DNA from: Carcharhinus amblyrhynchos
Lineage: Eukaryota
NCBI GenBank assembly: GCA_965287045.1
Contig: OZ336878.1
Span: 43,586,001-43,650,000 of the forward strand
Length of the DNA stretch: 64,000 nucleotides
Reading direction: 5' to 3'
Shown: positions 35,286-48,690 of the stretch, one piece after another
How the letters are laid out: the number at the start of each line of letters is the position of its first letter
Numbering within the stretch: position 1 is the stretch's first letter
The notes under the pieces: model-generated
The model's input: the letters and a program-made list of their open reading frames with translations, nothing else
Told to the model about the DNA's origin: nothing
Databases searched by the model: none
Made by a program: the position numbers and the translations under genes

Positions 35286-36469
35286 ATATTTGGTTGATTG
35301 AACATTTGAAACATTTGTAGCCAAAACCATAGATTAAACATTACTTCTATGATGTAACACGCTATGAAAATACTGTTTAGTCCAACTTGGTCAATTTTTC
35401 TACAGAAAACACATATGTTTTTCTCATTGTTTTGTTACATAGAGCATAATTACCTTTTCCACTTTAGGCAAAATAACTTCTCTTGTGGGATCAAATTATT
35501 TTTAATCATTGAGTTCACAGCAAAGTTCGTACAGGATCTCTTTTAAAAGTATAATTATGTTGAAAGGCCCCAGAGGTTTGTTGGAATGGAAGGGCAGGAG
35601 TTGGTAAAGTGATGACTTGGGAACCAAGAGATGGGGATCTATCCATTTTGTGTTATGTGAAGTTATAAACTTGAAGTGATGGCTAGAATATAATGTGCAC
35701 TCACCTTGATAAATAACATCAAGGGAAGAACATGTTTATGAGTGGATCCGTCCTAATTCCCCATCATTATTACCTAGGGCTGAATTTTACAGTGCTCACC
35801 CCTACTCATTGCCGGTTAGAAAAGTTGGTAATGATATGGTCATCTTCAAAAAAGGTTGTCCTGCAGCAATAATACCCAGTGTAAAATCATGGAGAACATT
35901 TCTCAAAATGGTTCAGTGTAAATGGAGTCTCCTAAATATTTCAAAACGAAGCCTGTAGCTCTGCATGTGCAATCCCAATTTTGCTCAGAAGGATGAAGAT
36001 CAACAAAAAGTTTTCACCAAAAAAAGTTGTGGATGAGTTTGGCATTGCGGATCATTTTTAAGAGATGACTTTCATCTGAATCATGAACAATGGCCTTAAC
36101 TAGTCAAGCGTGGGACTTCCACTGCTCTGGAAGGAGCTGTGGGACCTGCTGACTAATCTGATTGGCCGGCACCTCTTGCAGTCCGAGCAGTGCTTGAACT
36201 TATTGGTGGGTGTTGCTCGCATTGCAAACACCTCCATGACGAAGACCAGTGGTGACCAGAGCCAGTCAAGTCCTGAGAATTTTGCTCGAGGTGGGGAGGA
36301 ATCAGGCATCTGAGGAAGGGGTACAAGGGGAGGTAGGGGTACTGGTTTTGAAGGCCAGAAGGAGAAGGTTAAGTAGCAAGGGGAAGATAGAGAACATGCC
36401 CCAGTGCACATGGGACACCATCCTCTCCCACCCTGAAGGATGTACCCACCTTCCTTCCAACTCAAAGCA

Positions 36470-36830
36470 TATGAATTAGGTGCAGGAGTAGAAAACTCAT
36501 CCTCTCAGGCCAACTCAGCCATTCAATAAGATCTGACTGTAACTCTCCATCTACCCTCAATGACCTTTCACACCTTTGCTTTTCAAGAATCTATCTACCT
36601 CTACCTTAAAAATATTGAAAGACTCTGCTTCCACTGCTCTTTCAGGATGAGAGTTCCTCACACTCACTACCATCTAAGAGCAAAACCTTCTCCTTTATCC
36701 TATATGAGGGACACCTTTGGCCCCTGGTCATAGATTCTTCCACACGAGGAAATGTCCTTTCTACATCCACCCTATCAAGACCCCCTCAGGATCTTATCTG
36801 TTTCAATCAAGTCTCCTCTTACTCTTACTT
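36470..36830 (-). mobile_element. Old CR1 3' fragment
   Basis: 'attaggtgcaggagtag..gccattcaataagatc' tail-type sequence. Confidence 0.7.
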
Positions 36831-37245
36831 TTCTCAAATCCATTATGAAAGTAGTTTCGTAAAATGAAACTGCAAATGCCAAAATCATCCATAACTTCTT
36901 TTTGGCATAAGCTTTTGCTCACCTTCGTCTTTTTGGTGGAAAATTGGGATTGCACATTTGGAACTATAGGCTTCATTCTGAAAGATTCCATTTTTATGCT
37001 GATCATTTTCAGATATGCTCTCCATGGATTTAAAATGGAATGAAACAGTGTATTCGGTAAAATTCATAAATTACTGCCTTAGAATTTTAATATTTTAACA
37101 TAGCTTCCGCAAAAGTATGTTGATAGTTTTGGTTAAAAAAAACATTTAATTCATTCAAAACAAATGTGTACTATGTTAATATTATGCCATATGGAGTGCA
37201 GTGTGTACGTTGTGATTGTGTCACATTTTTGTATATTTACTGCAG

Positions 37246-37454
37246 GCTTAAGGGATGAGATTGGTTCAGGAAAATGGACATGGGTTAATGGAAGACCAGT
37301 AACCTTTACAAACTGGAAGAAAAATAAATCTTCACGGCTGGGAGAGGTTCAGCCAAGCTGTACTCTTGTCCGGGGTAAAGGCAAATGGGTGACCAGACAA
37401 TGCAATGAAAAACAGGAGAGGTATATCTGCTGCATGTCTATACCGAGACCTTAA
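37246..37454 (+). CDS. FREM1: FREM1-family terminal coding exon (C-type lectin end, stop)
   Basis: ctgcag|GC TTA; LRDEIGSGKWTWVNGRPVTFTNW..SCTLVRGKGKWVTRQCNEKQERYICCMSIPRP*; WIGL motif spans the splice. Confidence 0.93.
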
Positions 37455-37764
37455 CTAGCTCACTACAAAATGGGCCATGTTTCATGAACATCAGACAATA
37501 CATTTCTGAAAATATGATATTCAACATCTCTATCTCTCTGTCCAAATTATGGCCATATCACAAGCCTGTGTATTGCTCTCAGGCTATTCCACTACTGACG
37601 TAATTGCCAGTGAGTTGCTCAATCAGAGAACACACACTGTTGTTCATGCCCTGTCTAGTCACTCATTATAAAATAATCAAAATGTATTTTGAATGTATCA
37701 GTTAATGACAAATCATGTTACTAACCATCAGAGTGATAGCATCCTGAAACATTTAAATAATTAC

Positions 37765-37770
37765 AATAAA
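37765..37770 (+). promoter_or_regulatory. Candidate polyadenylation signal (alternatives at 38567 and 39161)
   Basis: AATAAA about 310 nt after the stop in AT-rich sequence; usage unverified. Confidence 0.35.
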
Positions 37771-39404
37771 AGTTAACTTTCAGAAGCAAGTACAACATAA
37801 AACAGTGAACCATAACAGAATAATAGCTTAATTCGAGGCAAGCCCAGTGTGCACTTTAATCAGTAGTATTCTTTTATTTGTCAATGGCACTGCTAGTTCT
37901 TCTCCTTCAGCTGCAGGGGGAAGCAAATTATTAATCACAATTTAACTCAGATAGGAGTTACTCTGGTCCTTAAGCTACGAGGCATTTATCAATTTGTTGA
38001 CAATTATTCTTTCTGTTCAGTATTTTCAGTAAAATCACAGACGTATTCTAAAGGAATGAGTTTGTGACTTTATTTAAGATAATGACCATACCTTTACAAG
38101 TGTAATTATGATGTTGCTACACATTACAAAGGCAATTCTTACCCATTTGTGCCATTTCAGTGCAGACATCAGATGCTTGTGGCTGGAATTCTTCCCACTC
38201 CTCTTACATTCTCATCTTAATTACTATTAGCATAAAATGATAACCAAGTTTGGCTACAATGTTGTACTGGATATCCATTGCTGTTGATGATACAGCACAT
38301 ATCAACAACACTTCAGAGAAACTGACAATGAAACTATAGCATGTATAAAAATATTACTTCTCAACACAACTGAATGCTTTGTTGTGTGACCAATACGAGT
38401 TGTACATTAGTTCCTTATGTCTTGTTAAATGCAAATTAATCTCATGGAAATCAACTGCAATTAATTCTCCCTAAGACCTCAAAACTGTGAAACTCCTTTC
38501 TGCCTTCAGCTATCACAATCTTCTCTATTTTCAAGTTGAGGAACCTATTATCTAATTACTTCAGTGAATAAAATTAGCAACTTGCATCAATAATACATTT
38601 TTATATCAATTTTGCTTTTAATTTGCTTCCAAATTGTGAGTTGTAGAAGTCTTTAAAAATCAACATTGGTCCCAAATATGTTATACTTTTTAAAATTCCC
38701 ACACATCATGTAATGTAATTTCAAAACAACAAGAAGATCAGCTTAGCCTACTCAGAAGAACTTCTGTACGTTTTATTAAGAACCTTTTATGCAGTTGCAT
38801 ATCTAAGAATATTATTATATAGTGATTTTTAAAAATGTTACACAGAAATTTATGCCGCATAAGGAAAGACCTGCAAGATTTTTGATTAAAAGGCTGTTCT
38901 ATGAAGAATTTACAAATAATGATTTAGATTACATGAGTGATAACATGGTAAACAATGGAATATGTGTTGGTTCAATTGTTGTTCCACAAAGTAACTAAAT
39001 TTTCATTGATAAATGCAGATAATACAGTGGCAGCCTCGGGTGATGGCTCTAGCCTTTGTGTCGTAAATACGATTGTTTCAATCATGTTCAAGAAAATATG
39101 AATTTTTATGTCATGAATTATTATGAAATGTTCTGCGAGATCCAACATGTATCAAAATATATTAAACAATTTAAATGCCAAAAATAACTTTGTTTGGCTT
39201 TACTTAGTCTTTGGTTAAGCACATCTAATTTGAAAACTAGAAGAGAATGAACGCATAGGCCATAGTTAAAGAGGTTAATGGTATGTTGAACCTATTGTTT
39301 ATATTGGATAAATTGCCCTTTTATATTGTGGAAAATAATCCAAAACAAGTTGCATGTCATTTTGCTTCTGCAATCCTCCATCCATTCAAAATCCATTGGC
39401 CCAG

Positions 39405-41600
39405 CAGGACACAGGATTTACCCTAGGATTCTCTGGGAGGCAAGAGAGGCGATTGCAGAGCCTCTGGCTCTGATCTTCAGGTCGTCGTTGGCCACAGGTG
39501 TAGTGCCAGAAGACTGGAGGATAGCGAATGTTGTCCCATTGTTTAAGAAGGGGAACAGAGACTTCCCCAGGAATTATAGACCAGTGAGTCTTACTTCTGT
39601 TGTGGGCAAGGTTTTAGAAAAAATTATTAGGGATAGGATTTATAGTTATTTAGAGAGTAATGAATTGATTGGAGATAGTCAGCATGGTTTTGTGGAGGGT
39701 AGGTCGTGCCTTACTAACCTTATTGAGTTTTTTGAGAAAGTGACCAAAGAGGTGGATGGGGGTAAGGCAGTTGACGTGGTATATATGGACTTTAGTAAGG
39801 CGTTTGATAAGGTTCACCATGGAAGGCTTCTGCAGAAAATGCAGATGTATGGGATTGAGGGTGATTTAGGTAATTGGATCAGGAATTGGCTAGCGGATAG
39901 GAGACAGAGGGTGGTGGTTGATGGTAAGTATTCGTCATGGAGTTCAGTTACTAGCGGTGTGCCTCAAGGATCTGTTTTGGGGCCACTGCTGTTTGTAATT
40001 TTTATAAATGATCTGGATGAGGGTATAGTTGGGTGGATTAGTAAATTTGCTGATGACATCAAAGTCGGAGGTGTGGTAGATAGTGAGGAAGGGTGTCATA
40101 GTTTACAGAGAGACTTGGACAAGTTGCAGAGCTGGGCCGAGAGGTGGAGGATGGAGTTTAATGCGGAGAAGTGTGAGGTAATGCACTTTGGCAGAAATAA
40201 CAGATGTGTAGAGTATAGGGCTAACGGTAGGACTCTGAATAGTGTGGATGAACAGAGGGATCTAGGTGTATGTGTACATAGATCCCTGAAAGTTGGGAAT
40301 CAAGTAGATAAGGTTGTTAGGAAAGCATACAGTGTCTTGGCGTTTATTGGTAGGGGGATTGAATTTAGGAGCCGCAGCGTCATGTTGCAACTGTACAAAA
40401 CTCTGGTGCGGCCGCACTTGGAGCATTGTGTGTAGTTCTGGTCCCCACATTATAGGAAGGATGTGGAGGCTTTGGAGAGGATGCAGAGGAGGTTTACGAG
40501 GATGTTGCCTGGTATGGAGGGGAGGTCCTATGAGGAGAGACTGAGGGATTTGGGGTTGTTTTCATTAGAAAGAAGGTGGCTAAGGGGGGACCTTATTGAA
40601 ACATATAAGATGATTAGAGGTTTAGATAGGGTGGACAGTGATAGCCTTTTTCCTTGGATGGAGAAAGCTAGCACGAGGGGGCATAGCTTTAAATTAAGGG
40701 GTGGTAGTTATAGGACGGATGTCAGAGGTAGGTTCTTTACCCGGAGGGTGGTGAGGGATTGGAATGCCCTGCCTGCTGCAGTTGTAAATGTGCCTAGTTT
40801 GGGGGCGTTTAAGAGATCCGTGGATAGGTTTATGGATGGAAAGAACATAAGAACATAAGAAATAGGAGCAGGAGTAGGCCATCTAGCCCTTCGAGCCTGC
40901 CCCGCCATTCAATAAGATCATGGCTGATCTGTCGTGGCTCAGTTCCACTTTCCCGCCCTCTCCCCATAACCCTTAATCCCTTCTCTTATCAAAAACCCAT
41001 CAACCCGCTTCTTAAAAATATTTAGCGAGGCAGCCTCCACCACTTCAACGGGCAGAGAATTCCAGAGATTCACCACCCTTTGAGTGAAGAAGTTCCTCCT
41101 CAACTCCGTTCTAAACCGCCTCCCCTTTATCTTGAGGCTGTGCCCCCTAGTCCTACTGTCTTTTTTGAGCGGGAAGAGTCTCTCCACCTCCATCCTATCC
41201 ATCCCATTCATCATCTTATACGTCTCAATGAGATCTCCCCTCATTCTTCTAAACTCTAACGAGTACAAGCCTAGTTTATTCAGCCTCTCCTCATAGCTCA
41301 ATCCCCTCAGCTCCGGTATCAGCCTAGTAAACCTCCTCTGCACTCCCTCCAGGGCCAAAATATCCTTGCGCAGGTGCGGCGCCCAAAACTGCACACAGTA
41401 CTCCAGCTGCGGCCTCACCAATGCCCTATACAGCTGCAGCAAGACCTCCCTACTTTTATATTCAATCCCCCTCGCTATGAAGGCCAGCATGTAGATGCTT
41501 AAAGGGATTGGTTTAGGTTAGCAGGTCATTGCTTTTTAATTGGTCGGCGCAACATCGTGGGCCGAAGGGCCTGTTCTGCACTGTAATGTTCTATGTTCTA
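39405..41600 (+). mobile_element. CR1 LINE (HER1-like), interrupted by an antisense CR1
   Basis: RT ORFs 39326-40435 and 40463-40858; its tail 'ggccgaagggcctgttctgcactgtaatgttctatgttcta' resumes at 41491-41600. Confidence 0.95.
40842..41490 (-). mobile_element. Young CR1 3' fragment nested in the previous element
   Basis: Open ORF 40939-41490(-); closely similar to 4665-5417 and 44951-45215. Confidence 0.95.
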
Positions 41601-43024
41601 CATCTATCATAACGGTCCTTTTCATAATTTTTAAGCATCTACATGACTAGTATGGAGATGTTATGGCACAGTGGGTAGCACACTGTGTACTCAATGTGAC
41701 CACTACCTTTGAAAAGGACTTTGAACCTATGTGACTCACGTGATGAAGGAACCATTTTGTTTTTTTTTAAAACCACCAAGCAACTGCTTGCAGACGAAGA
41801 GTTCCACCAACAGCCATCAAATTAGCTGCAATCCATCAAGCAGCCAGGTTAATCAACAGCAGTACCTCATAAGCAGGGACACCCAAGAGAAGGACACCCC
41901 GTATCTGTTCCAACCACAGAACAGTTCAGAACCAACCTCCTAGAAATTCAATTACAAAAAACCTCACAGCCTGTTGAGAACATAAACCCTTTAAAAACCC
42001 TTCACTAATTTAAACATTGATTTTATCTAAGAAACCTCAGGGTATGCATGAAAGAAACTGAAATAATTTTAAGCTGTAACAGTATTACCTTCCTCTGTAT
42101 CAAATTTTTGTTTGTACGAGGATGTGCACAAAATGTGTGAGTGAAACAGTGTGTCACTTGTGTGATAATAAATCATCTTTATTTTTAAATTCAAAAGTAC
42201 TTGCTGCTAGAATTATTTGATTTGGACATGCTGAGGGTAAAAATTCATCTCTTATATTCCAACATACTGATTATGGGCAGAGAAAGGAAACATGTAAATT
42301 CTGTCTGTGACAATACCATAAAGATGTTTCTGCACATGTTACCACGGGGGTCTCAATACTTCTTAATTTTTCTTTAATGACAGTTATGTGACCCCCGACA
42401 TCAGCAACTGATGAGGAAACATGCTGCCGAGAGTGGTCCCACCCTGCATGATTGCACATGGAACACATGACCCTCACACGCACTTACAATTTTCACTGTA
42501 TTTGCACAACAGGTGACTCTTGATATCTAAGAGAACGTGGTGCCCACTTCTTGTCCTGCTGTTGGGATCCACAATCTTCTACATAAAGCCTGTCTGAGGT
42601 GTCCTTTGTAACAACAGATATCTAATGATGTCAATGAAAGCAATGCTGACACCTTCACAGTAATGAATATAGTGCCAGCTGGCACATGATCATGGCTGTC
42701 AGATACAAACAGGACTTTGAAGGACAATCCTTAGAGGTTTAATCTGAAATCTTTCAGAAATCCACAAAGCTTCATTTGAATAATTTTTTTCTCATCTGCC
42801 CCAATATACCAGTAATGCCTCATCCCTTTCCACCTCACATATTAAAATCTGTCTGTTGTGCTCCTTGACATTTGTATTCATGCACTTTGTCCTTCAAGAA
42901 TATGAGCAACCCTCTGTCAAAACTGTGAGAATGAAAGAGATATTAACTCAAAGGGAAATGTTAACCCAAACTTGAGAAACTGGATGCAACATTGGTTTTA
43001 TGTACTGATTTTAATTTTCAATGA

Positions 43025-43852
43025 AGTCACTTGCCATGCCAGAAACTCCAAGGTGTTTTATGACACTAGCTGAGACCTTAACTTTTTACCTTTGAATTTA
43101 ATACAGGTAAGCATGAGGTGTTTCACTCCAGATATAATTCAAGTGATTCACTAGGAAGCTTTTATCAAACAAAGTTTATTGAAGAATATAATTAAAATAT
43201 AATCAGAAAAATAGCATAACTTTTACCAGTTAAAAGAGAATAACCACAATATTGTGTGAATCCTAACAGCTATCTGTACTGTTTCAAATCAGACAAACCC
43301 CATAAACATCCATCCCTTTCTAGATTTGGCACATAAAGTACGAATTCTCATGTAATGCTGGATTTTGCAGCCTTTTAACACCTGCTATGAATTAGCCCTT
43401 CGGATGCTGAATTAGAATGCTGAGGCTTTCCGGTCCTGGAATGTTCAGCACACTTTAAGTGAGAGATACACTGCTTGCCTCTAGCTGCTAGCTAGCAATT
43501 CATGATAGCAGGATTTCCAACACCAGAGAGAAACGTTCTGTCTCAAGGCTTAACAGCTTCTGACAAAGGTGAAACTAAAACTCTGGACTTTATTATGGAA
43601 AAAGACTGTCCTTCAGGCATCACCTGCCCTGGCAATCATTCACCACCAGCAATTCAACAGGTCCTAAAAACTCAAGGACACTGCATTAGGCTAGATTAAA
43701 CATAAACATTGCTTTAATTATCCTGCTTCAGCAAATAAAAGATACCAGCTACAGGCAAAACGGTGCCAACATAAACCCACCAGGGTCTGTTTGAAAAAAA
43801 CTGCAGAGAAGCATGATTAAAATACATTTCTTGAAGGCACAGTATCATCACA
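43025..43852. mobile_element. Probable solo LTR (same family at 63858-64000)
   Basis: Shared 'ccaa.gtgttttatg..taagcatga..tataattcaagtga..actagg.agcttttatc'; ends in CA; boundaries approximate. Confidence 0.45.
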
Positions 43853-44950
43853 CAGCAAAGAGTCGTATCAGACTAGATGTAAAATCAGTGATCCATCTAA
43901 TCCTGTGCGTTTTCCACTTGACAAAAAAGGTTAAAATTATTCTTCACTGCATTCCATTTTCTTATTGATATAGATGGAGGATATCTTGATAAGTGGTTTT
44001 GAAATTTGCATAGTATTTATGTGTATATGCAAGGTACAAGGGCAAAGCACATTACATCATTTATTGGGTGAAATAATGTGCATACCACCTGGACAGAAAC
44101 AATATAAATGATTTAGCCTCGTTGCAGTTCCTGGTGGAGCTTTGATCTCATGCAGGAAGTGTTCAGCATGTTACATTTCTCCAATTGCTTTTAAGGGATG
44201 ATTTTCCAAGTTAGCACCATAGAGGGGGACCTTGCCTGGCAGCTGCGCATGTTATAAAATCATTGGCAAAGTGTCCTGAATTTTGCAACATGCAATTCCA
44301 GCAGGCAAGGTTGCCCACTGGTGGCACAAATTCAGAAAATTCCATCTTTTGGCAAAGCATGTAGAAATGATAAAAACCCTGAAATGCTAATAAAATCTGG
44401 AGCCACAATTTCCAGTGGTTTGATATGTTTGTATTTTGCTGCAGGACATACACCATGAATTATTAAAATATTAATAAACAAAAAAAAGTCAAATCATTAA
44501 TGTCATTTTAGCTCAAACATAAAACTTTCTTATTAGCTTCTCAAGCTTGCATGTACACATTTTAAAAGGCAAATCAGTTTACCTGTCTGAATTCTTTTAA
44601 AGTTTAAAGATTGAAGATTATCAGTTAATGTGTGTGTCCAGTGAGGTGCATTGAAAAAGGTAATGTGGGAAAATTATAACTGCCTTAGATGATGAAGATC
44701 CTTGAATTGCAAGTGGATAGTGAGGGGTAAGGTTATTGGTTAGTATAGTGACTGACTCTTGTGATGCCCCCAGTTAGCACCTGGAAGGAAATACAGGATA
44801 ATAATGACCTTCACTGCCAATATAGCACAGGTAGCTGGTTCTCATTACAGCTCAGATTCCAGGTGATGACCTGGAATAGCATCTTGTTATAGCCATTTGC
44901 ATACCTGTGTATATAAGCAAACCGGAATAAACCAATTTTGCTCAGTTATT

Positions 44951-45215
44951 AGAACATAAGAACATAAGAAATAGGAGCAGGAGTAGGCCATCTAGCCCTT
45001 CGAGCCTGCCCCGCCATTCAATAAGATCATGGCTGATCTGTCATGGCTCAGTTCCACATTCCCGCCCTCTCCCCATAACCCTTAATCCCCTCTCTTATCA
45101 AAAACCCATCAACCCACATCTTAAAAATATTTAGCGAGGTAGCCTCCACCACTTCAACGGGCAGAGAATTCCAGAGATTCACCACCCTTTGAGTGAAGAA
45201 GTTCCTCCTCAACTC
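44951..45215 (-). mobile_element. CR1 3' tail fragment
   Basis: Nearly identical to 40842-41105. Confidence 0.92.
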
Positions 45216-46423
45216 ACACCACGTGAAGATCAGATCTTTTGTCCTGTAATAATATCACAGTTTGGCGATAGGATTACAGATTCTCGAGCCAAATATATTC
45301 AGTTGCGAAGATGCCAACAAACCAGCAAAGAAACTGAGAGTGTTTTGAAAACTAAGGAATAGGTTTATAAATCCTGTTTTAGAGAAAAAAATAGTTTGAG
45401 CTTTGAAAATGGCTGCATCAATGGGTATTATTATGTGACTGGGTAGGTATAATCTGACAAAGTATTTTGGTGTGTATGCAGAGTGGCTTGAGAGGTTTTA
45501 CTCTCCTAATAATAGTCAGAATTTTACTGGCTTGTCCCGTCCATTGATGGGTAGAGTGAGCTGGTAAAATCTTGACAGAGTAGAGAAATCAGGATCAAGC
45601 CCCATTTCTCGGCTCTCGTGATTTTACAAGAGACAGGTTTCTTCTGAGGCCAGCCTCTCATTGGAAATGGGTGAGTAGCTGAATAATTTATTCAGATTTA
45701 TTTAAATTAAGATTAGCATCTGTTTAGCAAGTCCGGTACACAATCGTCTGGGTTCACTTGCCTCTGTGGCCTCGCCAGGAGAGATTCTCTATGGTGAGGA
45801 AAATACCTGCTCCTCAAAAAGGGGAACAGTCATGTTGGCTTTGCTAGTGGAACCAGTGGTCATCGAGGCCCCCAGGGAGGGTGACACTAAAAGGGGGTGC
45901 CCCTTGGACAGTGCCACCCTCACACCTTGACAGTATCAGCCTGGCACTTGGGTAATGCCCAGCAGGCAATGCTTGGAGGAGGCTAAAGGGGCAGGATAGG
46001 GGTGGAGCCTGAAGGAGACCGAGCCTGGAGAGGGCATAGCCCGAAGGGACGGCCCAATCAGGGAGGGGGGTGGTGGTCACTGCATACCCTTCAGAAGTAA
46101 TTGCATTGAGGGAAGGGGGGGTGCTGTTGCTGCTCTGCAGATGTAAAATCTGATCCAGTGAGGGAAGGGTCTGCTGCTGCTCTGCAGATACAATTGGATC
46201 GGGGGAGGGGGGAGCAATTAGCCTGGGTACCGGGATGCAGCAAAGGCTAGATGTCCATCTGTTGTAGGGCTCCTGATCGGCTGTAGGTCCCCCCATTGTG
46301 GGGAAAGAGGTAACTGGTTAAGGCTGAGGCCTGACAGCTCTCTCTTTGTCTGTCTAACCCTTGAAACATCAGAGATTTGCACATGCACAGTAGTTCCCTT
46401 TACAGGCTGGCTGGCAAATTAAG

Positions 46424-46600
46424 ATGTGGAGATGCCGGCATTGGACTGGGATAAACACAGTAAGAAGTCTCACAACACCAGGTTAAAGTCCAACAGGTTT
46501 ATTTGACAGTAAGGCCACTACTTGTGAAGGGGCAAACCCCAAAAGCTTGTGGATTTACTATCATATAAACTGGTTGGACCTGCTGTTGTGAGACTTCTTA
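46424..46600 (-). mobile_element. Palindromic Penelope-derived mini-element (family 1, older)
   Basis: 13-bp TSD CTGGCAAATTAAG (46411-46423, 46601-46613); inverted 'cagtaagaagtctcacaaca'/'tgttgtgagacttcttactg'. Confidence 0.8.
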
Positions 46601-47269
46601 CTGGCAAATTAAGCCCAGCTCATTGCTTTGCAGCAGCTACAAACAGTCTACGCAATTTTTTGAATGACTACATATGTTAGATTGGGCATGAAAACTTGCC
46701 AAAAATGGTTCAGGAATTCTCTCATAGCTAGACACTTAGAAGAATTCTCATAAAAATTCACTCGCTATCTTTGAAGTTCCAGCTGATATTCCACTTCCTA
46801 TCAGTTAGTGGGAGAAAGAAAAAGATCAACCTTTCGATGGAGGCAGGTCCAGAAGTGTATGAAATGCTCAAGAATTCATTGACTCTTACTAAGTGAAAAG
46901 ACATATTACTGTCAAATATTTTGTATAGCTTAAGTGGCGCTATAGTCCCAAACCATTGGAGATTGCTGAAAGCAATCAGTTGGAACATGGAATTACTTAC
47001 CCAGTTAGGACATTGAAGAGTTTATTGTGGCTTTGAAAAGTCTGTCATTATAGTTTTGGGAATTTCAAGAGAAGGCATTGCTAGGCAGATTAGTGTGCAG
47101 TTTAAAAAGTGATCACATTCATGGTAAGTTGCTGACAATGCTGTTTCATATACTGGTGTTTTTTCAAAGCCAGCTGAATAAGCTGAAGGCCCCAACCAAG
47201 GCAGTTAGTAGTAGCAGTGGGATTAGGAAGTCCTGTTACTGGCTTAGGCCAACATTGGACACATAATTG

Positions 47270-48690
47270 TCCATTTCCAAAGACTGAGTGCTATAACTGC
47301 AAGAAGAAGAATCATTGAAGGCATGTTGAAAAAATATAAACAAAGAAAACTCTGACTGGATGGGATGGCAGTCACTGCATATGGTGTTAATCAACAGCAG
47401 GTCAATGTGGGGTCAATGAGAAAATCCCCATAATCTCCATGTACTGGTTCCAGTTGCACACAATTATCAATGTGTAAAATTGTCCATCATTGTCATGAAG
47501 GGTGAAAACCCAGCATAGCTAACAAGAGATACAAGTAAAACTGGAATGAGATGTTTCACATAGAAGCAAAGTTTACAATGTAGGACAATGTAATTGCCAA
47601 GTCTTGAGTGTCACCAGTAAACCTTCAAAGATGCAAAGCCAATGTACAGCTTCAAAGGAGCATTAGACCCATTTACTGCAGGCCCCATCCAGTACCTATT
47701 GCTCTAAGGTAAAAAGTAGAGGCAAGAGCTGAAAAAACTTGAGACTAAGAACACAATCTCTGAAGTAGAACAGTGTAATTGAACTACTCCCATCATAGTA
47801 GTATCAAAGCTGGATGGTAGTGTAAGATTATGCTGATATTATAAGGAATGTACTGAAACGTAATCAACCCGCTACTTTGCCAGCTGTGAAGCATCTGTTC
47901 ACAATCTTGCTGGGAGGCCAAATTTGTTCAAAATTAGATCTAATAAATATTGACCTGCAACCTGAATCGGACCATGAATCTAAGTCTTATTTGACCATTA
48001 ATATACACTTGGATCTGTTTCAGTTTCATAATTTAAGCTTAAGTTTATTTTTTAGTGCCAACAGTAGGCTTACATTTACACTGCAACAAAGTTACTGTGA
48101 AAATCGCCTAGTTGCCACACTCCATGTCTGTTTGGGTACATTGAGGGAAAATTTAGCATAGCTAATGCACCTAACCAGCACATCTTTCAGACTGTGCCAG
48201 GAAACTGGAGCACCTGGAGGAAATAGACTGCCATTGGTGTTTCTTCAGCCCTAAGAATTTTTCAAGGAGTAATGAAGCAGATTTTGCAAGGAATTCAGGG
48301 AGTAGTGTTCTCTTTGAAAGAAGTAATTTTTTCAGCTCTAAACAGGCAGACCCATAACAGGCTGAAAAAGGTGCTCCAATGCTTGGAAAAGCATCGAGTT
48401 TTGGCAAAAGCACAAATGATTCAAAATGCTATAGAGTATTTGGGTCACAGGGCAGACAAAGATGGATTACATTCTACCAGGACTAAGGTTCAAGCAATAA
48501 GAAAAGCACTGCACACTCAGAATATTTCTAAGCTTGGATATTTTTGGGCTTCTACAGTAAGTTTATACCAAATGTGCAATCGTATTGCATCCATTGAATG
48601 GGCTCTTGAGGGAGTTCCATGGAATTGGACAAGTGAGTGTAACAAGGCATTCCAGTTGTGTGAAACCAAATTAGTAGGTTATTCCTCTTG
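47270..48690 (+). mobile_element. Degenerate Gypsy gag-pol fragment with inserted SINE (~48035-48225)
   Basis: CYNCKKKNH Zn knuckle; RT-like PHPVPIALR*KVE, TPIIVVSKLDGSVRLC, CSKLDL, MKQILQGIQGV, IEYLGH. Confidence 0.8.

Noticed and set aside
41659-42310. Possible solo LTR (TGTTATG start, AATAAA near end)
   Set aside because: No second copy or TSD found in the window
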